In this document: positions 1 to 10,555 of the stretch, piece by piece
How the letters are laid out: each line of letters begins with the position of its first letter
Numbering within the stretch: position 1 is the stretch's first letter
Source: an uncultured Gemmatimonadales bacterium
GTDB lineage: Bacteria; Gemmatimonadota; Gemmatimonadetes; Gemmatimonadales; GWC2-71-9
NCBI GenBank assembly: GCA_963825055.1
Contig: CAWGSK010000012.1
Location: 96,001 to 160,000, forward strand
Length of the DNA stretch: 64,000 nucleotides
Direction: 5' to 3'
Position numbers and translations under genes: made by a program
The notes under the pieces: generated by a model
Database searches by the model: none
The model's input: the letters and a program-made list of their open reading frames with translations, nothing else
What the model was told of the DNA's origin: nothing

Positions 1-7
1 AACCGGT

Positions 8-880
8 ATGCTTGAGGCTCCGCACTTTTCGCCGGCCGGCGCGCGCCGCGACGGGGCTTTTGCCCTGCCGGAGGAGTACTTCGACGGGACCGTCCACCGG
101 CCGGTGCTGCACCAGGCCGTGCGGGCGTACCTGAACAACCAGCGCCAGGGAACCGCCGCCACGAAGACCCGTTCCGAGGTCTCGGGCGGCAACCAGAAGC
201 CGTGGAAGCAGAAGGGCACCGGCCGCGCGCGGCAGGGCTCGATCCGCGCCCCCCACTGGCGGGGCGGCGGGACCGTGTTCGGGCCGCAGCCGCGGAGCTA
301 CCGGACCGACCTGCCGAAGAAGGTGCGCCAGCTCGCCCGCCGGAGTGCGCTGAACGCGCGCGCGAGCGAGGGGGGCCTCTTCGTGGTGGAGCGCCTCCGC
401 TTCGACGCGCCGCGCACCGCGCTCCTGCTCGAGCTGCTGCGCCGGCTGGAGATCGCGGACCGGAAGGTCCTGGTCCTCACGCGCGGCACCAGCGAGGCCG
501 TCTACCTGAGCGGGCGGAACCTGTCCCGCGTGAAGGTGATGGACTACCAGGAGGCCTCGGCCTATGACGTCCTCTGGTCGGAGGTCGTCGTGGTGGAGGA
601 GTCCGCGCTGACGGGCGAGGAGCCGGCGGCGGGCGACGAGGCCGCGCTCGAGGTTACGAAGGCGGCGCCCCGGGCCAAGGCGGCCCCGAAGGCCCCTGCG
701 GCGAAGACGGCCGCGAAGAAGCCGGCGGCGAAGAAGGCCGTGAAGAAGAAGGCCACGAAGAAGGCCGCGAAGAAGGCCGTGAAGAAGAAGGCCTCGCCGC
801 GGAAGGCCACGGCGACGGCCGCGAAGAAGAAGAAGTCCACCACCGCGAAGAAGTCCACGCGGAAGAAGGGGAGCAAGTAG
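8..880 (+). CDS. rplD: 50S ribosomal protein L4 with Lys/Ala-rich C-terminal tail
   Basis: TKTRSEVSGG..KPWKQKGTGRARQGSIR motif; first gene of the S10-order cluster in this window. Confidence 0.97.
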   Translation: MLEAPHFSPAGARRDGAFALPEEYFDGTVHRPVLHQAVRAYLNNQRQGTAATKTRSEVSGGNQKPWKQKGTGRARQGSIRAPHWRGGGTVFGPQPRSYRTDLPKKVRQLARRSALNARASEGGLFVVERLRFDAPRTALLLELLRRLEIADRKVLVLTRGTSEAVYLSGRNLSRVKVMDYQEASAYDVLWSEVVVVEESALTGEEPAAGDEAALEVTKAAPRAKAAPKAPAAKTAAKKPAAKKAVKKKATKKAAKKAVKKKASPRKATATAAKKKKSTTAKKSTRKKGSK

Positions 881-1168
881 ATGCCCGCCCTGCACGAGAT
901 CATCGTCCGCCCGGTCATGACGGAGAAGAGCTCCGCCGCGTTCCAGGCCCGTGGCGAATACACGTTCATGGTCCACCCGCAGGCGACCAAGCACCAGATC
1001 CGGGACGCGCTGGCCCGGCTCTTCGAGGTCACCGTCACGGACGTGCGCACCATGCAGGTCCGGCGGGAGACCGTCTACCGGGGTCGCACGCGGGGCCAGA
1101 CGTCCCGGTGGAAGAAGGCGATCGTCACCCTGAAGGAAGGGGATACCCTCCCCGTATTCGAGGGCTGA
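881..1168 (+). CDS. rplW: 50S ribosomal protein L23
   Basis: [11 protein letters not shown] and WKKAIVTL motifs; gene order. Confidence 0.97.
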   Translation: MPALHEIIVRPVMTEKSSAAFQARGEYTFMVHPQATKHQIRDALARLFEVTVTDVRTMQVRRETVYRGRTRGQTSRWKKAIVTLKEGDTLPVFEG

Positions 1169-1169
1169 G

Positions 1170-2009
1170 ATGAGCACGAGACAGTTCAGACCGATCACGC
1201 CGGGCACGCGCTTCCGGATGGTCTCCGGATTTGACGAGATCACCCGGGACACGCCGGAGAAGTCGCTGCTCGAGCCGATCCGCGCCAAAGGTGGCCGGAA
1301 CAACCATGGCCACATCACGGTGCGGCACCGGGGGGGCGGGCACAAGCGCCAGTACCGGAAGATCGACTTCCGGCGGGACAAGTTCGGCGTCCCGGGCCGC
1401 GTGGCCGAGATCGAGTACGATCCGAACCGGAGCGCGCGGATCGCCCTGATCGTCTATGCGGACGGCGAGAAGCGCTACATCCTGCACCCCAAGGGCCTGG
1501 CGCAGGGGGACACGGTGGTCTCGGGTCCTGGCTCGGACGCGCGGACGGGCAATGCTCTGCCGCTCTCGGAGATCCCGCTCGGCACCACGGTGCACAACAT
1601 CGAGCTCAAGGTCGGCAAGGGCGGGCAGATGGCCCGCGGCGCCGGCACCAGCGCGCAGGTGATGGCGAAGGAGGGCAAGTACGTCACCCTCCGGCTCAAG
1701 AGCACCGAGATGCGGATGGTGCTGGGCCAGTGCCTGGCGACCATCGGCGAAGTGGGCAACGGCGAGCACGAGCTGCTGTCGGTCGGCAAGGCCGGCAAGA
1801 AGCGGTGGCTCGGCCGGCGTCCGAAGGTCCGTGGCGTCGCCATGAACCCGGTGGACCACCCGCTGGGTGGTGGCGAGGGCAAGAGCTCCGGCGGCCGGCC
1901 GCCGACCTCGCCCTGGGGCAAGCGGGAGGGCATCAAGACCCGGGCCCCCAAGAAGAAGTCGAACCGGCTCATTGTCCGCGGGCGCAAGCGCGGCAAGGCG
2001 ACCAAGTAA
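1170..2009 (+). CDS. rplB: 50S ribosomal protein L2
   Basis: [30 protein letters not shown]. Confidence 0.98.
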   Translation: MSTRQFRPITPGTRFRMVSGFDEITRDTPEKSLLEPIRAKGGRNNHGHITVRHRGGGHKRQYRKIDFRRDKFGVPGRVAEIEYDPNRSARIALIVYADGEKRYILHPKGLAQGDTVVSGPGSDARTGNALPLSEIPLGTTVHNIELKVGKGGQMARGAGTSAQVMAKEGKYVTLRLKSTEMRMVLGQCLATIGEVGNGEHELLSVGKAGKKRWLGRRPKVRGVAMNPVDHPLGGGEGKSSGGRPPTSPWGKREGIKTRAPKKKSNRLIVRGRKRGKATK

Positions 2010-2033
2010 GCCAGCTCTGACCGAGACGGGACT

Positions 2034-2324
2034 ATGTCGAGAAGTGTCAAGAAGGGACCGTTCGTGCAGGAGGCGCTGCTCCTCAAGGTGCAGAAGCTGA
2101 ACAGCCTGAACGACAAAAAAGTGGTGAAGACCTGGAGCCGTGCGAGCACTATCCTGCCCGAGTTCGTGGGGCACACGTTCGCGGTGCACAACGGCAACAA
2201 GTTCATCCCCGTCTACGTGACGGAAAACATGGTGGGTCACAAGCTCGGCGAGTTCGCCCCGACCCGGCTGTTCCGGGGGCACAGCGGCAGGCTCGTCGCC
2301 GACAAGAAGGCGAAGCCATCGTGA
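2034..2324 (+). CDS. rpsS: 30S ribosomal protein S19
   Basis: [28 protein letters not shown]. Confidence 0.98.
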   Translation: MSRSVKKGPFVQEALLLKVQKLNSLNDKKVVKTWSRASTILPEFVGHTFAVHNGNKFIPVYVTENMVGHKLGEFAPTRLFRGHSGRLVADKKAKPS

Positions 2325-2683
2325 GCACCGAAGCCAGAGCGATCCAGCGGCTGGTCCGCCAGTCGCCGCGGAAGATGCGCCTCGTGATCGACCAGATCAG
2401 GGGCAAGAACGTGAACGAGGCGTACGCCATCCTCCAGTTCAGCAAGAAGCTGGCGGCGAAGCAGATCGCGAAGACGCTCCGCTCCGCCGTGGCCAATGCC
2501 GAGCAGAAGGCGATGCAGAGCGGCGAGGCGTTTGACGTCGACGAGCTGGTGGTGACGCGGGCGGTGGTGGACATGGGTCAGCCGCTGAAGCGCTACACGA
2601 TGGCCGCCCAGGGTCGGGCGACCCCGATCCGCAAGCGGACCAGTCACGTGGAGATCCACGTGGCGGCGAGGGAGAGCGAGTAA
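2321..2683 (+). CDS. rplV: 50S ribosomal protein L22
   Basis: [33 protein letters not shown] start. Confidence 0.97.
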   Translation: MSTEARAIQRLVRQSPRKMRLVIDQIRGKNVNEAYAILQFSKKLAAKQIAKTLRSAVANAEQKAMQSGEAFDVDELVVTRAVVDMGQPLKRYTMAAQGRATPIRKRTSHVEIHVAARESE

Positions 2684-3343
2684 ATGGGCCAGAAAACGCA
2701 TCCGGTCGGGCTCCGGCTCGGCATCGTCAAGCCGTGGAAGTCGCGCTGGTTTGCGACCAAGGAGATGCCGGCGCTGCTCAAGGAAGACGAGCTGATCCGG
2801 AAGTACCTGAAGGCGCGGCTCGGCCACGCGGCCATCGCCGAGGTGCAGATCGACCGGCGGCCGGGCAAGGCCACGGTCACCATCCATACCGGGCGGCCCG
2901 GCGTGGTGATCGGCAAGCGGGGCGCGGAGGTGGACAAGCTGCGCGACGAGCTGGCCCAGCTCACCGGCAAGGAGACGGCGGTGAACGTCGAGGAGATCAA
3001 GCGGCCGGAGCTCTCGGCCCAGCTGGTCGCCGACAACATCGCCCACCAGATCCGGCAGCGGATCAGCTTCCGGCGCGCCATGAAGCGCGCACTCCAGAGC
3101 GCGATGCGGATGGGCGCCCAGGGCATCAAGGTCCGGGCGTCGGGCCGGCTCGGCGGCGCGGAAATCGCCCGGACCGAGGGGTACCACGAGGGCCGGGTGC
3201 CGCTGCACACGCTGCGGGCAGACATCGACTACGCTACGAGCACGGCCAAGACCACGTACGGCACGGTCGGCATCAAGGTGTGGATCTTCAAGGGTGAGAT
3301 CGTTGAGGACCTCAGCGGCCGCACTTACAGCACGGGAGCCTGA
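2684..3343 (+). CDS. rpsC: 30S ribosomal protein S3
   Basis: [27 protein letters not shown]. Confidence 0.98.
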   Translation: MGQKTHPVGLRLGIVKPWKSRWFATKEMPALLKEDELIRKYLKARLGHAAIAEVQIDRRPGKATVTIHTGRPGVVIGKRGAEVDKLRDELAQLTGKETAVNVEEIKRPELSAQLVADNIAHQIRQRISFRRAMKRALQSAMRMGAQGIKVRASGRLGGAEIARTEGYHEGRVPLHTLRADIDYATSTAKTTYGTVGIKVWIFKGEIVEDLSGRTYSTGA

Positions 3344-3346
3344 GGC

Positions 3347-3760
3347 ATGCTGGCACCAAAGCGCGTCAAGTTCCGCAAGACCTTCAAGGGCCGGACGAAG
3401 GGCAAGGCCATCCGTGGCAGCTCGGTGTCGTTCGGCGAGTACGGGCTCATGACGCTCGATCCGGGCTGGATCACCAACCGGCAGATCGAGGCGGCCCGTG
3501 TCGCAATGACCCGCGAGATGAAGCGCGGCGGCAAGGTCTGGATCCGGATTTTCCCGGACAAGCCGATCACCAAGAAGCCCGCCGAGACCCGCATGGGGAA
3601 GGGCAAGGGCAACCCGGAGGGCTGGGTGGCCGTGGTGAAGCCGGGGCGGGTGATGTTCGAGGTCGAGGGTGTGGCCGTGGAACTCGCGCGGCGGGCCCTG
3701 GACCTGGCGGCGGCGAAGCTGCCGGTGCGCACGAAGATTATCCAGCGGACGGAGGTCTGA
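3347..3760 (+). CDS. rplP: 50S ribosomal protein L16
   Basis: [21 protein letters not shown]. Confidence 0.98.
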   Translation: MLAPKRVKFRKTFKGRTKGKAIRGSSVSFGEYGLMTLDPGWITNRQIEAARVAMTREMKRGGKVWIRIFPDKPITKKPAETRMGKGKGNPEGWVAVVKPGRVMFEVEGVAVELARRALDLAAAKLPVRTKIIQRTEV

Positions 3761-3764
3761 GCCG

Positions 3765-3977
3765 ATGACGACCACACAGGAACTCCGCGAGCAGTCGGAC
3801 GAGGATCTGGAGCAGAAGCTCGCCGAGCTGCAGGAAGAGCGGTTCCGCCTGCGGTTCCGCTCCGCGACTGAGGCGATCGAGAACCCCGTCCGCTTCCGGA
3901 CGCTGCGGCGGGAGATCGCCCGGGTGAAGACGCTGCTGCACGAACGCGCCGGCGAGGCGGAAGGGACGGAAGGATGA
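3765..3977 (+). CDS. rpmC: 50S ribosomal protein L29
   Basis: ATG at 3765; ELREQS..LRREIARVKTLL; lies between rplP and rpsQ. Confidence 0.95.
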   Translation: MTTTQELREQSDEDLEQKLAELQEERFRLRFRSATEAIENPVRFRTLRREIARVKTLLHERAGEAEGTEG

Positions 3978-4246
3978 GCGAGGAGCAGACGGTCGAGACG
4001 CGGGCCCGCCGGAAGGTCAGGACCGGGGTCGTGACGAGCGACAAGATGCAGAAGACCGTGACCGTGGCCCTGACCCGGCGGCTGGCGCACCCGGTCTACG
4101 GCAAGCGCGTGACCCGCACCAACACAGTCAAGGCCCGCAATGAGATGGATGCGAAGGCCGGCGACACCGTGCGCGTCATGGAAACCCGGCCCCTGGCGAA
4201 GACGGTGCGCTGGCGGGTGGTGGACATCGTCGAGCGCGCGCGCTAA
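3974..4246 (+). CDS. rpsQ: 30S ribosomal protein S17
   Basis: [22 protein letters not shown]. Confidence 0.97.
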   Translation: MSEEQTVETRARRKVRTGVVTSDKMQKTVTVALTRRLAHPVYGKRVTRTNTVKARNEMDAKAGDTVRVMETRPLAKTVRWRVVDIVERAR

Positions 4247-4263
4247 GCGCGGCAGAGGCAGCC

Positions 4264-4632
4264 ATGATTCAACAGGAAACGGTGGTCAAGATCGCGGATA
4301 ATTCCGGCGCCCGGAAGGCGCTGATCATCCGCGTGCTCGGGGGCAGCAAGCGCCGCTACGCCGGCGTGGGCGACCGGGTCGTCGTGGCCATCAAGGACGC
4401 GATTCCCACGGGCCAGGTCAAGAAGGGGGACGTGGCCAAGGCGGTGATCGTCCGGACCGCGAAGGAGACCCGCCGCAAGGACGGGACCTACATCCGGTTT
4501 GACGAGAACGCTGCCGTGCTGATCACTGACGCGGGCGAGCCGCGCGCGACGCGCATCTTCGGGCCGGTGGCCCGGGAGCTGCGCGAGAAGCGCTACATGA
4601 AGATCGTCTCGCTGGCGCCGGAGGTGCTGTAA
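4264..4632 (+). CDS. rplN: 50S ribosomal protein L14
   Basis: [28 protein letters not shown]. Confidence 0.98.
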   Translation: MIQQETVVKIADNSGARKALIIRVLGGSKRRYAGVGDRVVVAIKDAIPTGQVKKGDVAKAVIVRTAKETRRKDGTYIRFDENAAVLITDAGEPRATRIFGPVARELREKRYMKIVSLAPEVL

Positions 4633-4633
4633 C

Positions 4634-5014
4634 ATGAAGCCGCTGGTGTACAAGAAGTCGCGCAAGAAGGCCCCGAAGCGGGCGCCGCGCATCCGGCTCC
4701 GGATCACCAAGGGTGACACGGTCCAGATCATCGCGGGCAACGACAAGGGCAAGCAGGGCACCGTCCTGCGCGCCGACCCGAAGACGGGCCGGATCACGGT
4801 GGAAGGCGTGAACCTGGTGAAGCGGCACCGCCGCGCCACGCAGAACAGCGAGGGCGGCATCATCGAGTTCGCGGCGCCGATCCACCACTCGAACGCAATG
4901 CTCATTGACCCGAAGTCGGGCGAACCCACGCGGGTGCGCCGGCGGAAGGACGACGACGGCACGGTCGAGCGGATCGCCGTCAGGTCGGGTGAACCGATTC
5001 CGAGGACGCGGTAG
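4634..5014 (+). CDS. rplX: 50S ribosomal protein L24 with basic N-terminal extension
   Basis: KGDTVQIIAGNDKGKQG KOW motif; APIHHSN. Confidence 0.96.
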   Translation: MKPLVYKKSRKKAPKRAPRIRLRITKGDTVQIIAGNDKGKQGTVLRADPKTGRITVEGVNLVKRHRRATQNSEGGIIEFAAPIHHSNAMLIDPKSGEPTRVRRRKDDDGTVERIAVRSGEPIPRTR

Positions 5015-5016
5015 GC

Positions 5017-5670
5017 ATGGCCAAGGTCAAGGAACAGCAGGCGGGCGGCGGCAAGGGCAAGGGTGCCGGCGCCTACGCCGCAGACGAGGCGCCACAGGCG
5101 CGCGCGGGCGTGCCCCGCCTCCAGCAGCACTACGAGCAGACGGTCCGGCCGGCCCTCGCGAGCCAGTTCGGCCTCGCCAACCCGCATGAAGTGCCGCGGC
5201 TGGTGAAAGTCACGCTCAACGTCGGGCTCGGCGAGGCCGCCAAGAACCCGAAGCTCCTGGACGTGGTCCAGGAGGAAATGTCGGTGATCGCCGGCCAGCG
5301 CGCCGTGGTCACCAAGGCCAAGAAGGCGATCTCGAACTTCAGCCTCCGTGCCGGCATGCCGGTCGGCGTCACCGTGACGCTCCGCGGCCCGCGGATGTAC
5401 GAGTTCCTGGACCGGTTCATCAACGTGGTGATCCCCCGGATGCGGGATTTCCGCGGGCTGCCGAACCGGAGCTTCGACGGGCGGGGCAACTACTCCTTCG
5501 GCGTGAAGGAGCAGATGATCTTCCCGGAGATCGATTACGACAAGGTGGACAAGATCCACGGTATGGATATCACGATCGTGACGAGTGCGGGGCGGGATGA
5601 CCTGGCCCTGGCGCTCCTGCGGGAATTCGGGTGGCCTTTCCGGGGTGAAACGCCGCGCGCGGTGGCGTAA
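5017..5670 (+). CDS. rplE: 50S ribosomal protein L5
   Basis: [24 protein letters not shown]. Confidence 0.98.
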   Translation: MAKVKEQQAGGGKGKGAGAYAADEAPQARAGVPRLQQHYEQTVRPALASQFGLANPHEVPRLVKVTLNVGLGEAAKNPKLLDVVQEEMSVIAGQRAVVTKAKKAISNFSLRAGMPVGVTVTLRGPRMYEFLDRFINVVIPRMRDFRGLPNRSFDGRGNYSFGVKEQMIFPEIDYDKVDKIHGMDITIVTSAGRDDLALALLREFGWPFRGETPRAVA

Positions 5671-5692
5671 CCGGGTCTCTAGAGGAGTTCTG

Positions 5693-5878
5693 ATGGCGAA
5701 GACGTGTTGGATCGAGCGGGCGAAGCGGCCCCCGAAGTTCAAGTCGCGGGTGGTGCGGCGCTGCCAGCGGTGCGGGCGGTCCCGCGCCTTCATCCGGAAG
5801 TTCGGCCTGTGTCGCATCTGCTTTCGTGAGCTCGCGCTGAAGGGCGAGATCCCGGGCGTGCGCAAGGCAAGCTGGTAA
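5693..5878 (+). CDS. rpsN: 30S ribosomal protein S14, short zinc-binding type
   Basis: 61 aa from ATG 5693 after an [23 protein letters not shown]. Confidence 0.96.
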   Translation: MAKTCWIERAKRPPKFKSRVVRRCQRCGRSRAFIRKFGLCRICFRELALKGEIPGVRKASW

Positions 5879-5892
5879 GGGGACACGCGACT

Positions 5893-6288
5893 ATGAGCAT
5901 GACTGACCCGATTGCGGAAATGCTGACCCGGATCCGGAACGCCTGTGCGGCCGGACACCGGCGGGTGGACATCCCGGTCTCGCGGTTGAAGACCGAGCTG
6001 GCCCGCCTGCTGCGGGACAATCACTACATCGTCGACTACAAGGTGCTCGACGATGGGGCGCATGGCGTCCTCCGCGTGTACCTGAAGTACCACAACGAGA
6101 CCCCGGTCATCCGCGAACTGAAGCGGGTGTCCACCCCGGGCCTGCGGCGCTACGTCAAGAGCCGCGAGCTGCCCCGGGTCAAGAACGGCCTCGGGATGGC
6201 GATCGTCTCGACCCCGCGCGGGCTCATGACCGATCGCGACGCCCGCTCGGCCAACCTCGGCGGCGAACTGCTCGCCACGGTCTGGTAG
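5893..6288 (+). CDS. rpsH: 30S ribosomal protein S8
   Basis: [26 protein letters not shown]. Confidence 0.98.
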   Translation: MSMTDPIAEMLTRIRNACAAGHRRVDIPVSRLKTELARLLRDNHYIVDYKVLDDGAHGVLRVYLKYHNETPVIRELKRVSTPGLRRYVKSRELPRVKNGLGMAIVSTPRGLMTDRDARSANLGGELLATVW

Positions 6289-6296
6289 GAGTCGAC

Positions 6297-6836
6297 ATGT
6301 CGCGTATCGGAAAGAAGCCGGTTCCAGTGCCCAAGGGCGTGAGCACGACGCTCGATGGCCGGATCCTCACGGTGAAGGGCCCGAAGGGCGAGCTCAGGCG
6401 GACCCTGCACCCGGAGATGGTCCTCGCGGTCGAGGACGGGACCATCACGGTGACCCGCCCGTCGGACGAGAAGCGCCACAAGGCGCTCCACGGCCTGACC
6501 CGGAGCCTGGTCAACAACATGGTCGAGGGCGTCACGCGGGGCTTTTCCCGCACGCTCGAGATTCAGGGCGTCGGCTACAAGGCCGAGGCCAAACCCTACG
6601 GCGTAAACCTGCTGGTCGGGTATTCCCACCCGGTGCAGTACAAGGCGCCGGAGGGGGTCAAGATCTCGGTCGAGAACAACACGGTCGTCAGGATCGAGGG
6701 CGCCGACAAGGAAGCCGTCGGCCAGGTGGCCGCAGAGCTGCGCGGGTTCCGGCCCCCCGAGCCCTACAAGGGCAAGGGCATCCGGTACCAGGGCGAGCAG
6801 GTGCGCCGCAAGGCCGGCAAGACAGGAGCCAAGTAA
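6297..6836 (+). CDS. rplF: 50S ribosomal protein L6
   Basis: [21 protein letters not shown]. Confidence 0.98.
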   Translation: MSRIGKKPVPVPKGVSTTLDGRILTVKGPKGELRRTLHPEMVLAVEDGTITVTRPSDEKRHKALHGLTRSLVNNMVEGVTRGFSRTLEIQGVGYKAEAKPYGVNLLVGYSHPVQYKAPEGVKISVENNTVVRIEGADKEAVGQVAAELRGFRPPEPYKGKGIRYQGEQVRRKAGKTGAK

Positions 6837-7207
6837 TGCGTTCGATCCATGCCCCGAAGACCCGTCGCGACCTCCGGCGCCGCCGGCAGCTCCGCGTGCG
6901 CAAGAAGGTCGCCGGTACGCCCGAGCGGCCGCGCCTGACCGTGTTCCGCTCGCTGAGGCACATCTATGCCCAGCTGGTCGACGACCAGGCCGGGGTGGTG
7001 ATGCTCGGCGTGGGGGACTCCAGCGAGGGGGTCACTGCGGACGGCGCCGGGAAGGTCGGCCGCGGCAAGGCCGTGGGCAAGCTGCTGGCAGAGAAGGCGA
7101 AGGCCGCCGGGATCAGCAAGGTGGTCTTCGACCGCGCCGGCTACCGATATCATGGACGCGTCAAGGCCGTGGCCGAAGGCGCCCGCGAAGGCGGATTGGA
7201 GTTCTAG
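6836..7207 (+). CDS. rplR: 50S ribosomal protein L18
   Basis: [23 protein letters not shown]. Confidence 0.98.
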   Translation: MRSIHAPKTRRDLRRRRQLRVRKKVAGTPERPRLTVFRSLRHIYAQLVDDQAGVVMLGVGDSSEGVTADGAGKVGRGKAVGKLLAEKAKAAGISKVVFDRAGYRYHGRVKAVAEGAREGGLEF

Positions 7208-7208
7208 G

Positions 7209-7913
7209 ATGGCGAACGAACAGGATACACCGGCCGCCGAGGCCGCACAGCAGCCTCCCCAGCAGGCCGAGGGCACGGCAACCGCCGGACCGGGCGGCGG
7301 CCAGGGCGGACCAGGCGGTCGGGAGCGTGGTGGCCGGGGTCGCGGGCCTCGCCAGGGTGGCGGCGGTGGCCGGGGCGGACGCCGGGGCGACCGGGACCGC
7401 GATCACGCCAGTGACCTGGTGGAGAACGTGGTCGCCATCAACCGCGTCGCCAAGGTGGTCAAGGGCGGGCGCCGGTTCAGCTTCAACGCGCTCGTGGCGG
7501 TTGGCGACGGCAAGGGCAAGGTCGGCATCGCGACCGGCAAGGCGAATGAAGTCTCGGAAGCCGTCCGCAAGGCGGTCGAAGCCGCCAAGCGGGCCATGGT
7601 CGAGATGCCGCGGGTGGGCGCCACCATTCCCCACGAGATCGTCGGGGAACACGGTGCGGGGCGGGTGCTGCTGAAGCCCGCCGCCAGCGGTACCGGCGTC
7701 ATCGCGGGCGGGCCCGTCCGCGCGGTGCTGGAGTGCGCGGGGATCACCGACATCCTGACGAAGAGCCTGGGCTCGAACAACCCGCACAACATGGTGCGGG
7801 CGACGTTCGACGGCCTGTCCCGGCTGGTGACGGCCCGGCAGGTGGCCCGGGAGCGCGGAGTGGACGTGGACCAGATCCCCTTCAAGGGCCGACAGGAGAC
7901 GGTGAATGCCTAA
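7209..7913 (+). CDS. rpsE: 30S ribosomal protein S5 with Gly/Arg-rich N-terminal extension
   Basis: [27 protein letters not shown] at 7209. Confidence 0.97.
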   Translation: MANEQDTPAAEAAQQPPQQAEGTATAGPGGGQGGPGGRERGGRGRGPRQGGGGGRGGRRGDRDRDHASDLVENVVAINRVAKVVKGGRRFSFNALVAVGDGKGKVGIATGKANEVSEAVRKAVEAAKRAMVEMPRVGATIPHEIVGEHGAGRVLLKPAASGTGVIAGGPVRAVLECAGITDILTKSLGSNNPHNMVRATFDGLSRLVTARQVARERGVDVDQIPFKGRQETVNA

Positions 7914-8112
7914 GAAGACGACTGCCGCGCGGCTGCGGGTGACGCAGCGGCGCTCGGGCATCGGCCACGCGCAGACCTTCCGCCGCACGCTGGAAGCGCT
8001 TGGGCTGAGGCACCACCAGGCGACGGTCGAACTGCCCGACAACCCGTCGGTGCGTGGCATGCTGTACAAGGTGCGTCACCTCGTCGAGGTGACGCCGGTT
8101 GAGGAGGCGTGA
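7906..8112 (+). CDS. rpmD: 50S ribosomal protein L30
   Basis: [23 protein letters not shown]. Confidence 0.95.
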   Translation: MPKKTTAARLRVTQRRSGIGHAQTFRRTLEALGLRHHQATVELPDNPSVRGMLYKVRHLVEVTPVEEA

Positions 8113-8573
8113 TGGCCGACGAGAAGCAGACTCCCAGTGTGACCCTGTCGAACCTGCGACCCGCCAAGGGTGCGACCCAGGTGCGCAAGCGCGTCGGCCG
8201 CGGGCCCGGCTCCGGCCTCGGCAAGACGTCAGGGCGGGGGCACAAGGGACACAAGGCACGCACCGGCGGGTCCACCAACCCGGGCTTCGAGGGCGGCCAG
8301 ATGCCGATGTACCGGCGGCTGCCCAAGCGCGGCTTCACCAACCCGTTCAAGGTGCGGGCCCAGCCCGTCAACCTGGCGGACCTGGAGCGCGTACAGGGCA
8401 CCGAGGTGACGCCCGAGACCCTCACGGCGGCCGGCCTGCTGAACAAGCCGTCTGACGCCGTGAAGCTCCTCGGCACCGGCGAGGTGTCGAAGGCCTACGC
8501 GGTCCGCGGCGTCCCCGCCTCCGCCAGCGCGAAGGCGAAGATTGAGGCGGCTGGCGGCACGGTCGAGGCGTAA
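8112..8573 (+). CDS. rplO: 50S ribosomal protein L15
   Basis: GRGPGSGLGKTSGRGHKG, FEGGQMP. Confidence 0.97.
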   Translation: MADEKQTPSVTLSNLRPAKGATQVRKRVGRGPGSGLGKTSGRGHKGHKARTGGSTNPGFEGGQMPMYRRLPKRGFTNPFKVRAQPVNLADLERVQGTEVTPETLTAAGLLNKPSDAVKLLGTGEVSKAYAVRGVPASASAKAKIEAAGGTVEA

Positions 8574-9884
8574 GTGACCTCTCCCCGTGTTCCGGCGCTT
8601 TCCATAGATCCGGAGCTGAAGCGCAAGATCTGGTTTACCCTGCTTGCGCTGGTGATCTACCGGGTCGGCGCCCACATCGCCGCGCCGGGCGTCAACGTCA
8701 CGGCGCTGTCGGACTACATCGCAAACTCCGCCGCCGGTGGCTTTTTCCAGCTGTATGATACGCTGGGCGGCGGCCTCTCCCGGGCCACCGTCTTCGCCCT
8801 CGGCATCATGCCGTACATCTCGGCCAGCATTCTGTTCCAGCTGGCCGGCGGCGTGATGCCGTCCATCGGCAAGCTGCAGCGGGACGAAGAGGGCAAGAAG
8901 AAGCTCACCCAGTGGACCCGGTACACCACCGTGGTCATCTCGGCGGGGCAGGCCTGGACCTTTGCTCTCTTCACCGAGTCCATTCCCGGCGCCATTGCCT
9001 CTCCCGGGCTGTTCAGCCGGCTCATGATGGTCGTGACGCTCACCACGGGTGCCGTCTTCGTCATGTGGCTGGGCGAGCAGATCACCGAGCGCGGCATCGG
9101 CAACGGCATGAGCCTGCTCATTACGTTCTCGATCCTCGAGCGGCTCTGGCCGGGCACGCTGAACTTCCTGCAGTTCCTGAAGGCCCAGGTCATCAGCCCG
9201 CTGGGCGCGGTGGCCTTTATCCTGGTCCTGGTCGCGGTGGTGGCCGCCACCACCGCCATGACGATCGCCGCGCGCCGGATCCCGATCCAGATCCCGCGGA
9301 AGGTGATGGGGCGGGGACGGGTGCGGGAATCGCAGAAGACCTTCATCCCGATCCGGCTGCTCACCGCGAGCGTGATGCCGATCATCTTCGCCCAGACGAT
9401 CATCATCGTCCCGGGCACGGTGGCCAGCTTCGCCCGGAGCGAGACCCTGCAGAGCCTGGCCGACTTCTTCACGCCCGGCGACCTGCCGTACATCATCGCC
9501 TTCACGGTGATGATCCTGCTCTTCACGTATTTCTACACGTCCATCATCTTCAACTCAGTGGACCTGGCGGAGAACCTGAAGAAGCAGGGCGGGTTCATCC
9601 CCGGCGTGAAGCCGGGCGCGAGCACCGCCGACTACATCGACGCGGTCCTCGGCCGGGTCACCCTGCCGGGCGCCATCTTCCTGGCCGTGGTCGCCCTGGT
9701 GCCGATCCTCATCACCCAGCAGATCGGGTTCCAGGCGGCGTTCGGCGGCACGTCGGTGCTGATCGTGGTCGGTACGCTACTGGATACCATCGCCCAGGTC
9801 GAACAGCACCGCACGCTCCGCAAGTACGACAGCCTGATGAAGACAGGCCGGGTCAAGTTCCGGGGCCGCCAGCGGTTCATGTAG
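8574..9884 (+). CDS. secY: Preprotein translocase subunit SecY
   Basis: FALGIMPYISASI, GEQITERGIGNG, GGFIPGVKPG, GGTSVLIVV. Confidence 0.98.
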   Translation: MTSPRVPALSIDPELKRKIWFTLLALVIYRVGAHIAAPGVNVTALSDYIANSAAGGFFQLYDTLGGGLSRATVFALGIMPYISASILFQLAGGVMPSIGKLQRDEEGKKKLTQWTRYTTVVISAGQAWTFALFTESIPGAIASPGLFSRLMMVVTLTTGAVFVMWLGEQITERGIGNGMSLLITFSILERLWPGTLNFLQFLKAQVISPLGAVAFILVLVAVVAATTAMTIAARRIPIQIPRKVMGRGRVRESQKTFIPIRLLTASVMPIIFAQTIIIVPGTVASFARSETLQSLADFFTPGDLPYIIAFTVMILLFTYFYTSIIFNSVDLAENLKKQGGFIPGVKPGASTADYIDAVLGRVTLPGAIFLAVVALVPILITQQIGFQAAFGGTSVLIVVGTLLDTIAQVEQHRTLRKYDSLMKTGRVKFRGRQRFM

Positions 9885-9889
9885 CCGGC

Positions 9890-9972
9890 GAGGGAAGAGG
9901 GAAGAGGCACGAGGGACCAGGAACGGTGGACGGGAGGCAACACCCGTTCACCGTTTACCGTTTACCGTTCAC
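9890..9972. repeat. Heptamer tandem repeats forming an imperfect inverted repeat
   Basis: GAGGGAA/GAGGCAC/GAGGGAC/GGTGGAC run, followed by (CCGTTYA)x4. Confidence 0.75.
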
Positions 9973-9988
9973 GCTGCTGGAGTGTTTC

Positions 9989-10555
9989 GTGGATATTCTG
10001 CTGTTGGGCCCGCCGGGGGCGGGGAAAGGCACCCAGGGCGCCATCCTGGGCGAACGGCTCGGCCTCCCCAGGTTCGCCACCGGAGACCTGCTGCGTGACG
10101 CGGTCCGCCGCGGCACCCCGGTGGGCCTCAAGGCGAAGGCCATCATGGAAGCCGGCCACCTGGTGAGTGACGACGTCATCATGGGCGTGGTCCGGGACGA
10201 ACTGGCGAAGCCCGGCGCGCGGGATGGCGTCATTTTCGACGGTGTCGTCCGGACCATCCCGCAGGCGGAAGGCGTGGCGGCGCTGCTGGCCGAGCGGGGA
10301 CGGACGATGGACCACGTGCTGTTCTTCGACGTGGCGGACGAGGAGATCCTGGGCCGGATCGCGAAACGGCGGGGCGTGGAGCAGCGGGCCGATGACGATC
10401 CCGACGCCGTCGCCGTCCGGCTCCGGGCCTACCGCGAGCAGACGGCGCCGGTGCTCGCCTGGTACCGGGAGCGCGGCGGGGTGGACGTGGTCGACGCGCT
10501 CGGTACGGTGGACGAAGTGGCGGAACGGGTCCGCCGGGTGATGGAGCCCGCGTGA
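9989..10555 (+). CDS. adk: Adenylate kinase, short-LID type
   Basis: GPPGAGKGTQ P-loop, TGDLLR, RADDD; GTG at 9989. Confidence 0.95.
   Translation: MDILLLGPPGAGKGTQGAILGERLGLPRFATGDLLRDAVRRGTPVGLKAKAIMEAGHLVSDDVIMGVVRDELAKPGARDGVIFDGVVRTIPQAEGVAALLAERGRTMDHVLFFDVADEEILGRIAKRRGVEQRADDDPDAVAVRLRAYREQTAPVLAWYRERGGVDVVDALGTVDEVAERVRRVMEPA

Noticed and set aside
2237..6093. Very long antisense ORFs (617 and 616 aa) over the ribosomal operon, and similar ones elsewhere (e.g. 25808-27790, 45181-46863, 51834-54221)
   Set aside because: Shadow ORFs expected from high GC3 codon bias opposite real genes; no recognisable motifs.
8912..9988. Apparent 547-aa ORF extending adk upstream across secY
   Set aside because: The extension is an off-frame read of secY; Adk motifs begin at GTG 9989.
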